Shown: in pieces, positions 9,440 to 19,406 of the stretch
How positions within the stretch are numbered: the stretch's first letter is position 1
How the letters are laid out: each line of letters opens with the position of its first letter
The notes under the pieces: model-generated
Told to the model about the DNA's origin: nothing
Databases searched by the model: none
The model's input: only the letters and a program-made list of their open reading frames with translations
Translations under genes and position numbers: made by a program
Source: Anaerolineales bacterium
GTDB taxonomy: Bacteria > Chloroflexota > Anaerolineae > Anaerolineales > UBA11858
NCBI GenBank assembly: GCA_045888315.1
Contig: JBGCVQ010000116.1
Coordinates: 1 to 56,032 of the forward strand
Length of the DNA stretch: 56,032 nt
Direction: 5' to 3'

Positions 9440-10461
9440 CAGTGAGCACACTCATCACCGGAGGGGCCGGTTTTATCGGCACGAATTATGCTTCTCGCTT
9501 GCTAGCGAGGGGAGAGAAAGTGACCCTTTTTGACAATCTTTCTCGGGCAGGGACCCCCCGGAATCTTGCCTGGCTGGAAGATGAGTATGGAAAAGGATCC
9601 TTCAAGTTCCTGGAAGCGGATGTCCGGGATGCCAAGGCCCTGGAGACGGCTGTTGCGAGTGCGGATCGGATCATCCACCTGGCGGCTCAGGTCGCTGTGA
9701 CCACGTCTGTTGCAGATCCGGAATTGGATTTTGCCATCAATGCCCGGGGAACCTTCAATGTCCTGGAGGCAGCCCGCAAATCGGAACGGAAACCGCTGGT
9801 GATCTATGCCTCCACTAATAAAGTCTACGGAGACCTGGAGGACGTCCGGGTAGCGGAAGGGGAGGACAGCTATTACTTCCCAGACAATCCCCAGGGGATC
9901 ACTGAATCCCAATTGCTTGACTTCCATTCGCCTTATGGCTGTTCCAAGGGGACCGGAGACCAGTACGTCCGCGATTATCAGCGGATTTTCGGACTACCAA
10001 CTGTGGTCTTCCGCCAGAGCTGCATTTACGGCCCCCACCAGTTCGGTATCGAGGACCAGGGTTGGGTGGCTTGGTTTGTGATCGCGGCTGTGACCGGTAA
10101 GCCTATCACCATCTACGGTGACGGAAAACAGGTCAGGGACCTGCTCTATGTCGATGACCTGTTGACGGCCTATGACCAGGCGGCAGCCCACATTGATAAG
10201 ACGGCTGGACAAATTTATAATATCGGCGGCGGACCAGAGAACACCCTTTCGATCTGGAAGGAATTTGGGCCGCTGCTGGAAAAGGAGCTCGGGCAGGAGA
10301 TCCCGGTGTCCCGGGAAGGCTGGAGACCAGGAGATCAGCGGGTTTTCATTGCTGATATCCGCAAAGCATCCCAGGATTTTGGCTGGACGCCAAAAATCAG
10401 CGTGGAAGAGGGGATCCGCAAGCTCTTTGATTGGGTGCGGGCGAACAGAGATTTGTTTTAG
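9436..10461 (+). CDS. NAD-dependent NDP-sugar epimerase/dehydratase, CDP-tyvelose 2-epimerase-like
   Basis: GGAGFIG, HLAAQVAVTTS, STNKVYG, SPYGCSKG, FRQSCIYG and EDQGWVAWF motifs. Confidence 0.8.
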   Translation: MTVSTLITGGAGFIGTNYASRLLARGEKVTLFDNLSRAGTPRNLAWLEDEYGKGSFKFLEADVRDAKALETAVASADRIIHLAAQVAVTTSVADPELDFAINARGTFNVLEAARKSERKPLVIYASTNKVYGDLEDVRVAEGEDSYYFPDNPQGITESQLLDFHSPYGCSKGTGDQYVRDYQRIFGLPTVVFRQSCIYGPHQFGIEDQGWVAWFVIAAVTGKPITIYGDGKQVRDLLYVDDLLTAYDQAAAHIDKTAGQIYNIGGGPENTLSIWKEFGPLLEKELGQEIPVSREGWRPGDQRVFIADIRKASQDFGWTPKISVEEGIRKLFDWVRANRDLF

Positions 10462-10500
10462 CAGAACTTGGATCCAAAGCAGCTCCAGGATCACTCCTTC

Positions 10501-11664
10501 ATGAAGATACTTACTGTTCTGACCTACTACCGTCCTCATACCAGTGGGCTGACCATATATGTAGAGCGCCTGGCGAGATCGCTGATTCAGCTGGGCCATG
10601 AAGTGACCGTGTTGACCTCCCAATACGAGAGGGATCTGCCGCGGGAAGAAATCGTTGATGGGGTCCGGATCGTCCGCGCCCCGGTTGCCTTCCGGATCAG
10701 CAAGGGTGTCATCATGCCCAGTTTTGGATGGCTGGCCTGGAAGTTGGTTGCCAGCCATGACGTGGTCCATCTGCACCTGCCCCAATTCGATGCTGCCGGT
10801 GTTGCCCTGAGGGGACGGCTGCTGGGAAAGCCCACCTTGATCACTTACCACTGCGATCTGCAGCTGCCCCGGTCTCTCTTCAATCGACTGATCGATCTGG
10901 TCGTCCAGCTGATGAACAACCTGGCTGGATTGCTGGCGGAAAAGATCTGTGCTTATACCGATGATTTTGCTTCCCACTCACCTTTTTTGCGGCGATTTGC
11001 GGGTAAGGTCGAGGTGATCTATCCTCCGGTCCTGATGCCTGATGTGCCTTCCAGCACCGTCGAGGAGTTCCGCGGCCGGGTGAACCCCGATCAGCGGTCC
11101 CCCGTGATCGGGATGGCCACCCGATTTGCCTCGGAAAAGGGGGTCGAGGTTTTACTCAATGCTCTTCCAGAGATAACGGAACGATTTCCTTCAGCCCTGG
11201 TTCTTTATGCGGGTCAGTATCAGGATGTCATGGGAGAGGGAGCTTATTTTGACAGGCTCTATCCCCGCATCAAGGCCTACCAGGAGAAGGGGGGATGGAG
11301 GTTCCTGGGCGTTCTCGATCAGCAGGAGATGGCTGCCTTTTACAGCTGTCTTGACCTGCTGGTTGTTCCCAGCTTGAATTCGACCGAGACCTTTGGCCTG
11401 GTCCAGATCGAAGCCATGATCAGGGGGACGCCTTCGATTGCTTCCAACCTTCCGGGGGTCCGGGTCCCACCGCAGCTGACCGGCATGGGTGAAGTTGTGC
11501 CGATCGGGGATTCTACTGCCCTGGCGGATGCGGCCCTGAAGATCCTAACCAGCCCTGCAGCCTACCGTGGTGATCCTTCCCACGTGGCAGAGGTCTTTGA
11601 TCCCCTCTCGAACGCCAGGGCTTATGAAAAACTCTACGCCAAGTTGGAGGCACAGGAAGATTGA
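10501..11664 (+). CDS. Glycosyltransferase family 4 (GT-B)
   Basis: TYYRPHTSG, EKGVEVLL and ETFGLVQIEAM (EX7E) motifs. Confidence 0.88.
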   Translation: MKILTVLTYYRPHTSGLTIYVERLARSLIQLGHEVTVLTSQYERDLPREEIVDGVRIVRAPVAFRISKGVIMPSFGWLAWKLVASHDVVHLHLPQFDAAGVALRGRLLGKPTLITYHCDLQLPRSLFNRLIDLVVQLMNNLAGLLAEKICAYTDDFASHSPFLRRFAGKVEVIYPPVLMPDVPSSTVEEFRGRVNPDQRSPVIGMATRFASEKGVEVLLNALPEITERFPSALVLYAGQYQDVMGEGAYFDRLYPRIKAYQEKGGWRFLGVLDQQEMAAFYSCLDLLVVPSLNSTETFGLVQIEAMIRGTPSIASNLPGVRVPPQLTGMGEVVPIGDSTALADAALKILTSPAAYRGDPSHVAEVFDPLSNARAYEKLYAKLEAQED

Positions 11665-12446
11665 AAGACTATCTGGCACTGCATCTGCATGATCTGCCGT
11701 ACTTCCGGGCCCTGCTCAGGGCGGTCGAGGCTCGATTTTATGAGGGGATCTCCCTTCCTGAGCCAGTCCTGGATCTGGGCTGTGGGGATGGCCACTTCGC
11801 CTCTCTGACCTTTGATGGGCCGCTTTTTATGGGGCTGGACCCCTGGTGGGGACCAATCCAGGAGGCAGCCCGGCGGGGATCTTACCGCTATCTGGTTTGT
11901 GCGGCTGGCGATAAGATGCCTTATCCAGCAGATTATTTCGCAAGCGCTATCAGTAATTCTGTCCTGGAGCATATCCCGGAACTGGATCCGGTGCTGGCTG
12001 AAACAGCCCGGGTCCTTAGGCCAGGCGCCCCTTTCATCTTCTGTGTCCCCAACCACCGCTTCCTGGAAACACTTTCCATCGGGCGTGGGATGGAGAAAAT
12101 AGGAGCTTCCGGACTGGCCAAGGCCTACAGGGATTTTTTCAACCGCATCTCCCGCCATTTCACTTGTGAATCCCATGAGCAATGGGAAGCACGCCTGGAA
12201 GGTTTTGGTTTTAAAATAGAAAGCTGGTGGGATTATTTCCCGCCTCCTGCTCTGCATGTCCTGGAGTGGGGGCATTTCTTTGGTGTTCCGTCCTGGGTGA
12301 GCAAGCGCCTCTTCGATCGTTGGGTGCTGGCACCCAGCCGCTGGAATCTGGCACTGGCGGATCGCTTAACCCGGCCCCATTATGAAGGGGATCCGAAAAG
12401 CCCTCTGGGCGCTTATACTTTTTACGTCACCCGGCTGAACCGCTGA
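11661..12446 (+). CDS. Class I SAM-dependent methyltransferase
   Basis: VLDLGCGDG, SNSVLEHI and RVLRPG motifs. Confidence 0.85.
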   Translation: MKDYLALHLHDLPYFRALLRAVEARFYEGISLPEPVLDLGCGDGHFASLTFDGPLFMGLDPWWGPIQEAARRGSYRYLVCAAGDKMPYPADYFASAISNSVLEHIPELDPVLAETARVLRPGAPFIFCVPNHRFLETLSIGRGMEKIGASGLAKAYRDFFNRISRHFTCESHEQWEARLEGFGFKIESWWDYFPPPALHVLEWGHFFGVPSWVSKRLFDRWVLAPSRWNLALADRLTRPHYEGDPKSPLGAYTFYVTRLNR

Positions 12447-12467
12447 ACCGCCTTCGAGGTGTAGATT

Positions 12468-14570
12468 ATGGAAGAACCGAGTGTTCTTGATTTCCTAAAA
12501 GAGAAGCTGACTTTCTGGAAGAAAGGCCAGATCCACATTCCGCCCGGAGAAATGCCCCCAGCAGAGGAGCCTCCCCAGGAGGAAGATCGTCCGAAATCCA
12601 GTTATTGGCCCCTGCTTGCCATCACCGTTCCACCCTTCCTGGCGATCCTGGCTCAAGTGTTCGCTGCTCCAGGCGAGCGCTCGCAGGGATTGGTGATCAC
12701 CTTATATGCGCTGGCTGGACTCAGCCTGATTCTGCTGATCATTTTCAAGCACTGGAAGACCGATTCGCTGCTGCCTGAAGAAGGCGAAGCCGATCAATTC
12801 AAGGTCCGCTGGATCCAATTCCTGGCTGGAAGCGTGCTGTCCATCATGGCTTTTGCTACTTTTGGAGGCAATCTATTCACTGCTGGCAACGTCACTTTAT
12901 GGCTGGTCGGCTTGGGGTTGATCTGGTGGTCCCTCTGGGTCCCTGAAGGTTGGTGGAAGCAGATCAAGGCCGCCTGGGGAAAATTCATCCAGGGTGAGCT
13001 AAGGATCACGCCCTGGGGAGTGCTGGTGGTGCTGGTCTTCGTGGTCATCGGTTTTTACAGGTTCTACCGGCTCAACCAGGTCCCACCGGAGATGTTCAGC
13101 GACCATGCCGAGAAGCTGATCGATGTCACCAATGTGCTCCGGGGACAGTATTCGATCTTCTTTCCCCGCAATACCGGCCGGGAAGCCTTTCAAATGTACC
13201 TGACCGCGGCGATGGCCCGGCTGTTTGGCACCGGCATCTCATTCCTGAGCCTCAAACTGGGCACCTGCCTGGTCAGCTTCCTATCCCTTCCTTTTATATA
13301 CCTCCTGGGCAAAGAGCTCAAGAACAAGCAGGTGGGACTGCTGGCTGTGTTCTTCGCGGGGATTGCCTATTGGCCCAACGTGATCTCCCGTGTTGCCCTG
13401 CGCTTTGCGCTCTATCCTTCCTTTGTAGCCCCCACGTTGTTCTTCCTGGTCCGGGGATTGAAAAGGAAGCGCTGGAATGACTTCCTGTTCTCAGGCCTTT
13501 TCTTGGGAATCGGACTTCACGGCTACAGCCCATTCCGGATCGTGCCCCTGGCAGTGATCCTGCTGCTGCTGATCTATTTACTGCATACGGGATCGAAAGA
13601 GAACAGGCGCATGGCAGTCATCGCCCTGGTGCTGGTGGGGTTGATCTCGTTGATCATCTTCCTTCCCTTGGGACGATATGCGCTGGAGAATTACGACATG
13701 TTCTCTTACCGGATGCTTACCCGCATGTCCGATGCGGAGCAGCCGCTTCCCGGCAGCGCCTGGAAGATCTTTTTTACCAATACCTGGAAGGCTTTGATCA
13801 TGTTCCAGTGGGACAACGGCCAGATCTGGGTTCATTCCATCCCCGGCCGGCCCGCCCTGGAATTGATCTCGGCGGCATTTTTCAGCCTGGGGGTGATCCT
13901 GCTAGTCGTCCGCTATATCCAGAAGCGGCATTGGATGGACCTGACCCTGCTGGCCATCATTCCAGTGCTGATGCTGCCGTCGATCCTCTCCCTGGCTTTC
14001 CCGAGCGAGAATCCTTCCCTGAACAGGACCGGGGGCGCGATCATCCCCGTTTTCCTGATCATTGCCATGGCGGTTGAGAATCTAGCCGTCAATCTCAAGA
14101 CTTATCTCTCTGGTCAGCGGGGGAGATATCTCACCTGGGGAGTGGTGCTGGTCCTGGCTGCTGTGAGCATGCGGGAAAACGCCCGCCTGGTCTTTGTGGA
14201 TTACTACGGGCAGTTCAGCCGCAGCGCCTGGAATACCTCGGAGATCGGGACAGTGATCCGTGAGTTCGCGGACACCATCGGGGATGAGAACCGCGCCTGG
14301 GTGGTGCCCTATCCTCACTGGGTTGATACCCGCCTGGTCGGCATCCAGGCTATCAGGCAGGTGAAGGATTATGCGCTGTGGCCCGATGAGATCGAGACCA
14401 CCTTGAGCGCCAGCGCTCCGAAATTATATATCTATAAACCCGAGGATGAAGAAGCGATCGCGGTTCTGGAAGAGCTATATCCGAATGGGATCCTTGACAG
14501 ATACCAATCTGCGGTTGAAGGCAAGGATTTTATGCTTTATTATGTGCTGAATGACGACACCGGGAACTAA
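12468..14570 (+). CDS. GT-C fold (ArnT/PMT-like) membrane glycosyltransferase
   Basis: Many TM helices; FYRFYRLNQVPPEMFSDHAE acidic first-loop motif; C-terminal soluble domain. Confidence 0.7.
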   Translation: MEEPSVLDFLKEKLTFWKKGQIHIPPGEMPPAEEPPQEEDRPKSSYWPLLAITVPPFLAILAQVFAAPGERSQGLVITLYALAGLSLILLIIFKHWKTDSLLPEEGEADQFKVRWIQFLAGSVLSIMAFATFGGNLFTAGNVTLWLVGLGLIWWSLWVPEGWWKQIKAAWGKFIQGELRITPWGVLVVLVFVVIGFYRFYRLNQVPPEMFSDHAEKLIDVTNVLRGQYSIFFPRNTGREAFQMYLTAAMARLFGTGISFLSLKLGTCLVSFLSLPFIYLLGKELKNKQVGLLAVFFAGIAYWPNVISRVALRFALYPSFVAPTLFFLVRGLKRKRWNDFLFSGLFLGIGLHGYSPFRIVPLAVILLLLIYLLHTGSKENRRMAVIALVLVGLISLIIFLPLGRYALENYDMFSYRMLTRMSDAEQPLPGSAWKIFFTNTWKALIMFQWDNGQIWVHSIPGRPALELISAAFFSLGVILLVVRYIQKRHWMDLTLLAIIPVLMLPSILSLAFPSENPSLNRTGGAIIPVFLIIAMAVENLAVNLKTYLSGQRGRYLTWGVVLVLAAVSMRENARLVFVDYYGQFSRSAWNTSEIGTVIREFADTIGDENRAWVVPYPHWVDTRLVGIQAIRQVKDYALWPDEIETTLSASAPKLYIYKPEDEEAIAVLEELYPNGILDRYQSAVEGKDFMLYYVLNDDTGN

Positions 14571-14576
14571 TGGCTT

Positions 14577-17500
14577 ATGGATAGACCCATCAAATCAGAT
14601 TTGAACCGCTGGCTGTCCCTGGTGCTGCTGATCGCTGTGCTGGCAGCTGGCGCTTATTTACGCTATGTTGGCCCGGATTGGGATGAAGAACAGCACCTCC
14701 ATCCCGATGAGCGCTTTCTCACTATGGTGGAGTCCAGCCTGGTGCCAGTGGATTCCCTGAATGCTTATTTTGACACCGCTACCTCGACCTTGAACCCCAA
14801 CAACCAGGGACATGGCTTCTTCGTCTATGGGACCCTGCCGATCTTCATGGTCCGCTACCTGGCCGAGTGGTTGGGGAACACTGGATATGGCAGTGTCTAC
14901 CTGGTGGGCAGGGCGCTTTCGGCGGTGATGGACCTGCTGTGTGTGGTCCTGGTATTTTTTATCGGCGCCAGGCTTTTCAGCAGGAAGGTGGGCTTGATCG
15001 GGGCCGCTTTCTCAGCCCTGGCAGTCCTCCAGATCCAGCAGTCGCATTTCTTCACAGTGGATACCTTCATCACCTTCTTCACACTGCTGGCATTTTACTT
15101 CGCGGTGGAGATCAGCACTGCGCCAGAAGGGAAAGTGGACCCGGTTTCCTATGTCCTGTTCGGGGTTGCCCTGGGTATGGCGGTAGCCTCCAAGGTCAAT
15201 GCCGTTCCGGTCGCTCTGACACTTCCTCTGGCGTCCCTGATCCACTGGATGAAAATGGATCAGGAGAGCAAGAACCAGCTCGCGCCCCGAATATTTGTCT
15301 ATCTTGTGCTGGCAGCTCTGGTTAGCCTGCTTACCTTCCGGGTATTCCAGCCCTATGCCTTCACTGGACCGGGCTTTTTTAATTTCCGACTGAACGAAGG
15401 CTGGGTAGCGACCATGAAATCCCTCCAGGCGCAAGCCTCGGGAGATGTCGATTTCCCGCCTGCTTTGCAGTGGGCCAGGCGGCCGGTCTGGTTCTCACTG
15501 AAGAATATGGTCCTCTGGGGACTTGGGCTGCCTTTTGGGATCCTGGCCTGGGCTGGTTTCTTATGGCAGGGCGGGAAAATCATCGCCAAGCGGACCTGGA
15601 CACCCCAGCTGGTGCTGTGGTCCTGGACGGCTGTGTATTTCTGCTGGCAGTCGCTCCAGTGGAACAGCACTATGCGTTATCAGCTGCCCATTTACCCCCT
15701 GATGGCGGTATTTGCAGGCTGGATCCTGGTTGAACTGTGGGATATTTTTGCTGAGAGGGGGCTGCGAGTTGCGGGCGTCCAGATCGATGGGCGCGCTCTG
15801 CGGATCACTGTGCTGGCGGTGGGCAGCCTGGCGCTGGTACTGACCGGGCTCTGGGCGTTTGCTTTCTCAAGGATCTACACCACACCGCATCCCCGGGTGG
15901 CTGCTACCCGGTGGATATTCCAGCATATCCCCGGTCCGGCCACGCTGGAAGTGGAGACGGAGGAGGGGGAGCGATTTGACCTGCTGTCCTACCCGGAAGG
16001 TCTTGTGATCACCGATCAAGCCCCCTGGTTGACCAATTTCACCGCTAAGAATAGCGGTGTAGTTGAAGACGTCTATTTTCCAGCTGCCTTGGCGCAGGAC
16101 CTGCCTGCGGAATCCATCGATATCCAGATCAGCCTCACTGACCCCTCCGGAATCACTCTGTCCGATGGACAGGGATCGCTGGACTTCTCCGGTGGTCAGG
16201 CGTCGGGTAGGATCTTATTTGATGATCCGATCGAACTCCAGGCAGGGGAAACCTATCAATTCACTCTTGCCCCCCTTGATCCTGGAACAGCGATCAGTTT
16301 GGGAAGGATCGGGATCGCCAATGAGAGCTCCTGGGACGACGGACTGCCGCTGCGCTTGGACGGTTATGACCCCTTTGGTGGTATTTACCAGGGAGGCCTG
16401 AATTTTGAATTGTACTGGGATGATAATCCTGAGAAATTGGACCGCTTCCTGTCCACCATGGACCAGGCGGAATATATCTTGATCACTTCCAGCAGGCAGT
16501 GGGCTACCACCACTCGCGTTCCTGAACGCTATCCCCTGACTACAGAATACTACCGGCAGTTGATGGGCTGTCCGGTCGAAATCACCATCGAGGATTGCTA
16601 CAATTCCGCCCAACCTGGAACACACCAGGGCGCCCTGGGCTTTGAGCTGGTCGAGACCTTCCAATCCGATCCCCACATCGGATCCTGGGAGATCAATGAT
16701 CAGCCAGCGGAAGAGGCGTTCACGGTCTACGACCATCCCAAGGTATTCATCTTCAAGAAGTCAGCCGATTACGATCCCCAGCAAGCAGCGGATATTCTCT
16801 CCGCAGTTGATCTGACCAAAGTGATCCACATCACCCCCAAGCAAGCGGACAGCCACCCGGGCAACCTGATGCTGCCCGAGAATAGGTTGGCAAGCCAGCG
16901 GGCGGGGGGAACCTGGAGCGAGATCTTCAATCCCAATGCAATTCACAACCGCAGCCAGCTGATTGCTGCCCTGGTGTGGTATCTGAGTGTGTTCGCGATC
17001 GGATTGCTGGCGTATCCTTTGCTGCGATTGGTCCTTCCTGGTCTGGATGTGGGAGGGTATCCGCTGGCGCGGACCTTTGGTCTGCTGATCCTGTCCTACC
17101 TGGTTTGGCTGGCGGGTTCGGCTGGTGTGCCATTCCGGAGGATCACCATTGCCGGCGTCCTGCTCCTGCTGGCTGCGCTCGGTCTTTACCTGGGTTATAA
17201 GGATCGGGATGAACTCCTCAGGATCTGGAAGGAATCCAAACGCTATTTCCTGACTGTGGAGACCCTGGCTTTGGTCCTGTTCCTGATCTCCCTGCTGATC
17301 CGGTTTGGCAACCCCGATCTGTGGCATCCCTGGAAGGGCGGCGAGCGTCCGATGGATTTCTCCTATTTCAACGCTGTCCTGAAAAGCACTACCTTCCCAC
17401 CTTATGATCCCTGGTTTGCCGGGGGTTACATCAATTATTACTATTACGGGTTCGTCTATGTGGGTGTGCTTACCAAGCTGTTGGGGATCATGCCTTCCTT

Positions 17501-19394
17501 GGCCTACAACCTGATCCTGCCTACCCTGTTCATGATGCTGGGATTGGGCGCTTTCACCCTGGCCTGGAACCTGCTGGGCGGCCGAAGTTCGCTGGACCGG
17601 CTCCAGGATTTGCCCTATCTGGGAGGATTCGGAGGCGTCATCGGCCTGGGACTGCTGGGGAACCTGGGTGTGATGCGCATGGTTTTCCAGGGGCTGCAGC
17701 GCCTGGCTTCCGGCGGAGTGGACGTTCTCACGGGCAGCTTCTTCCAGCGCTTTAAGTGGACCCTGGCTGGGGTAGTGCAGCTGTTCAGGACGCCTACCCT
17801 GCACTACCGGCTGGATGAATGGTATTGGAACCCCAGCCGAGCGATCGGCGCAGAGCACGGGGGACCGATCACGGAATTCCCGTTCTTCACCTTCCTGTAC
17901 GGTGATCTGCATGCCCATCTCATCGCTCTGCCGCTGACCGTTTTAGCCCTGGCCTGGATCCTCTCGGTCATCAAGACCAGCGGGCAGAAGGGACCATCCC
18001 GGGTGGGATTCATCCCGCTGATTGGAGTCCCGCTTTTCGGGGCTCTGGCAGTTGGCGTTCTGCGGCCTACCAACACCTGGGATTTCTATCCTTATCTGGC
18101 ACTGGGTGCAGCTGCCCTGCTCTTCTCCTGGTGGAAGGAGCGGGAAAAAGAGGGTTACAACTGGCAGTCCTCGGCCTTGAAGCTCGGGGTGTTCCTGGTC
18201 TTTGCATTCCTGACCTTCCAACCCTACGCCAGTTGGTATGGCGAAGGATATACCAGCATCCGCTCCTGGTTCGGTACCCATACGCCGGTGAATGATTATT
18301 TGATCCACTGGGGTTTGTTCCTGTTCATCATAGTTTCCTGGATGGCGGTGGAAACAGTAGAGTGGATGGCCGCTACGCCGGTTTCTGCCCTGAGGGAGCT
18401 GGCCAAGATCCGTGAGCTGATCATCGCTTCCCTGCTGGTCCTGCTGGTAGTGATCATCAGCCTGGGAGTTTCCCTGGAGAATCCCGTAAAGATCGGTGAA
18501 TCCACGATCATCGGTGCTGGAGTGCACGTGATCTGGTTTGTCCTGCCGCTGATGGTCTGGGCTCTGGTGCTGCTGCTGCGTCCGGGCCAGGATCTGATGA
18601 AAGGCTTCGTGCTTTTCCTGGTTGGAACTGGCCTGGCGATCACACTCCTGGTCGAGCTGGTTTATGTGGAAGGGGACATCGGCCGCATGAACACCGTGTT
18701 CAAGTTCTACCTCCAGGCCTGGACCCTGCTCTCGATCAGTTCTGCAGCGGCCCTTTGTTGGATCCTGGGGTCCAGCCGTAAAGCAGGACCTACTCTGAGA
18801 ATCATCTGGCAGGCGGCTTTTTATATCCTGCTCACCAGTGCCGCGCTGTATCCCCTGCTGGGCGGTGTGGCCAAGGTCAAGGATAGGATGGCGCCGGAAG
18901 CACCTCATACCCTGGATGGCATGGAATTCATGGAGTATGCCACCTATTTCGATCTCGATACGGCCCTGGACCTTTCCCAGGATTACCGGGCGATCCGCTG
19001 GATGCAGGACAATGTCCAGGGTTCCCCCGTGATCGTTGAAGCCAACCAGGTTGAATATCACTGGGGCACACGGTACACTGTTTATACCGGGCTTCCCGGT
19101 GTGGTAGGCTGGAACTGGCATCAGCGCCAGCAGCGGACGCTCACGCCCCCTGATTGGGTGTATTCGCGGGTGGATGGGGTCAACGCCTTCTATGACACAG
19201 CTGACCTTGACCAAGCGCGTGATTTCCTGGCTGAATATCAGGTTAGCTACATCATCGTTGGCCAGCTGGAGCGGGCAAAATACCTTCCAGAAGGGATCGC
19301 TAAATTCGATCAGGGAGAGGGTATATATTGGCAGGTGGTGTACCAGGAGGGGGATACCACAATTTATCAGACCCTGTCAGCGATCTATAGGTAG
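14577..19394 (+). CDS. 1605-aa membrane protein: PMT/ArnT-like GT-C module fused to a YYY/DUF2298 module
   Basis: N-terminal HLHPDER and NESSWDD motifs; C-terminal GGERPMD, PPYDPWFAGGYINYYYYG, EFPFFTFLYGDLHAH, NTVFKFY and GWNWHQRQQR motifs. Confidence 0.8.
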   Translation: MDRPIKSDLNRWLSLVLLIAVLAAGAYLRYVGPDWDEEQHLHPDERFLTMVESSLVPVDSLNAYFDTATSTLNPNNQGHGFFVYGTLPIFMVRYLAEWLGNTGYGSVYLVGRALSAVMDLLCVVLVFFIGARLFSRKVGLIGAAFSALAVLQIQQSHFFTVDTFITFFTLLAFYFAVEISTAPEGKVDPVSYVLFGVALGMAVASKVNAVPVALTLPLASLIHWMKMDQESKNQLAPRIFVYLVLAALVSLLTFRVFQPYAFTGPGFFNFRLNEGWVATMKSLQAQASGDVDFPPALQWARRPVWFSLKNMVLWGLGLPFGILAWAGFLWQGGKIIAKRTWTPQLVLWSWTAVYFCWQSLQWNSTMRYQLPIYPLMAVFAGWILVELWDIFAERGLRVAGVQIDGRALRITVLAVGSLALVLTGLWAFAFSRIYTTPHPRVAATRWIFQHIPGPATLEVETEEGERFDLLSYPEGLVITDQAPWLTNFTAKNSGVVEDVYFPAALAQDLPAESIDIQISLTDPSGITLSDGQGSLDFSGGQASGRILFDDPIELQAGETYQFTLAPLDPGTAISLGRIGIANESSWDDGLPLRLDGYDPFGGIYQGGLNFELYWDDNPEKLDRFLSTMDQAEYILITSSRQWATTTRVPERYPLTTEYYRQLMGCPVEITIEDCYNSAQPGTHQGALGFELVETFQSDPHIGSWEINDQPAEEAFTVYDHPKVFIFKKSADYDPQQAADILSAVDLTKVIHITPKQADSHPGNLMLPENRLASQRAGGTWSEIFNPNAIHNRSQLIAALVWYLSVFAIGLLAYPLLRLVLPGLDVGGYPLARTFGLLILSYLVWLAGSAGVPFRRITIAGVLLLLAALGLYLGYKDRDELLRIWKESKRYFLTVETLALVLFLISLLIRFGNPDLWHPWKGGERPMDFSYFNAVLKSTTFPPYDPWFAGGYINYYYYGFVYVGVLTKLLGIMPSLAYNLILPTLFMMLGLGAFTLAWNLLGGRSSLDRLQDLPYLGGFGGVIGLGLLGNLGVMRMVFQGLQRLASGGVDVLTGSFFQRFKWTLAGVVQLFRTPTLHYRLDEWYWNPSRAIGAEHGGPITEFPFFTFLYGDLHAHLIALPLTVLALAWILSVIKTSGQKGPSRVGFIPLIGVPLFGALAVGVLRPTNTWDFYPYLALGAAALLFSWWKEREKEGYNWQSSALKLGVFLVFAFLTFQPYASWYGEGYTSIRSWFGTHTPVNDYLIHWGLFLFIIVSWMAVETVEWMAATPVSALRELAKIRELIIASLLVLLVVIISLGVSLENPVKIGESTIIGAGVHVIWFVLPLMVWALVLLLRPGQDLMKGFVLFLVGTGLAITLLVELVYVEGDIGRMNTVFKFYLQAWTLLSISSAAALCWILGSSRKAGPTLRIIWQAAFYILLTSAALYPLLGGVAKVKDRMAPEAPHTLDGMEFMEYATYFDLDTALDLSQDYRAIRWMQDNVQGSPVIVEANQVEYHWGTRYTVYTGLPGVVGWNWHQRQQRTLTPPDWVYSRVDGVNAFYDTADLDQARDFLAEYQVSYIIVGQLERAKYLPEGIAKFDQGEGIYWQVVYQEGDTTIYQTLSAIYR

Positions 19395-19406
19395 CCTGAG
19401 GTTTTA

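Noticed and set aside
7984-10977. Long minus-strand ORFs (296 and 327 aa)
   Set aside because: They lie opposite well-supported genes and carry no recognisable motifs.
16761-19214. 385-aa and 423-aa antisense ORFs inside the YYY fusion gene
   Set aside because: Their Gln/Asp/His-rich composition is what the reverse complement of CTG/ATC/GTG-rich membrane-protein codons produces.
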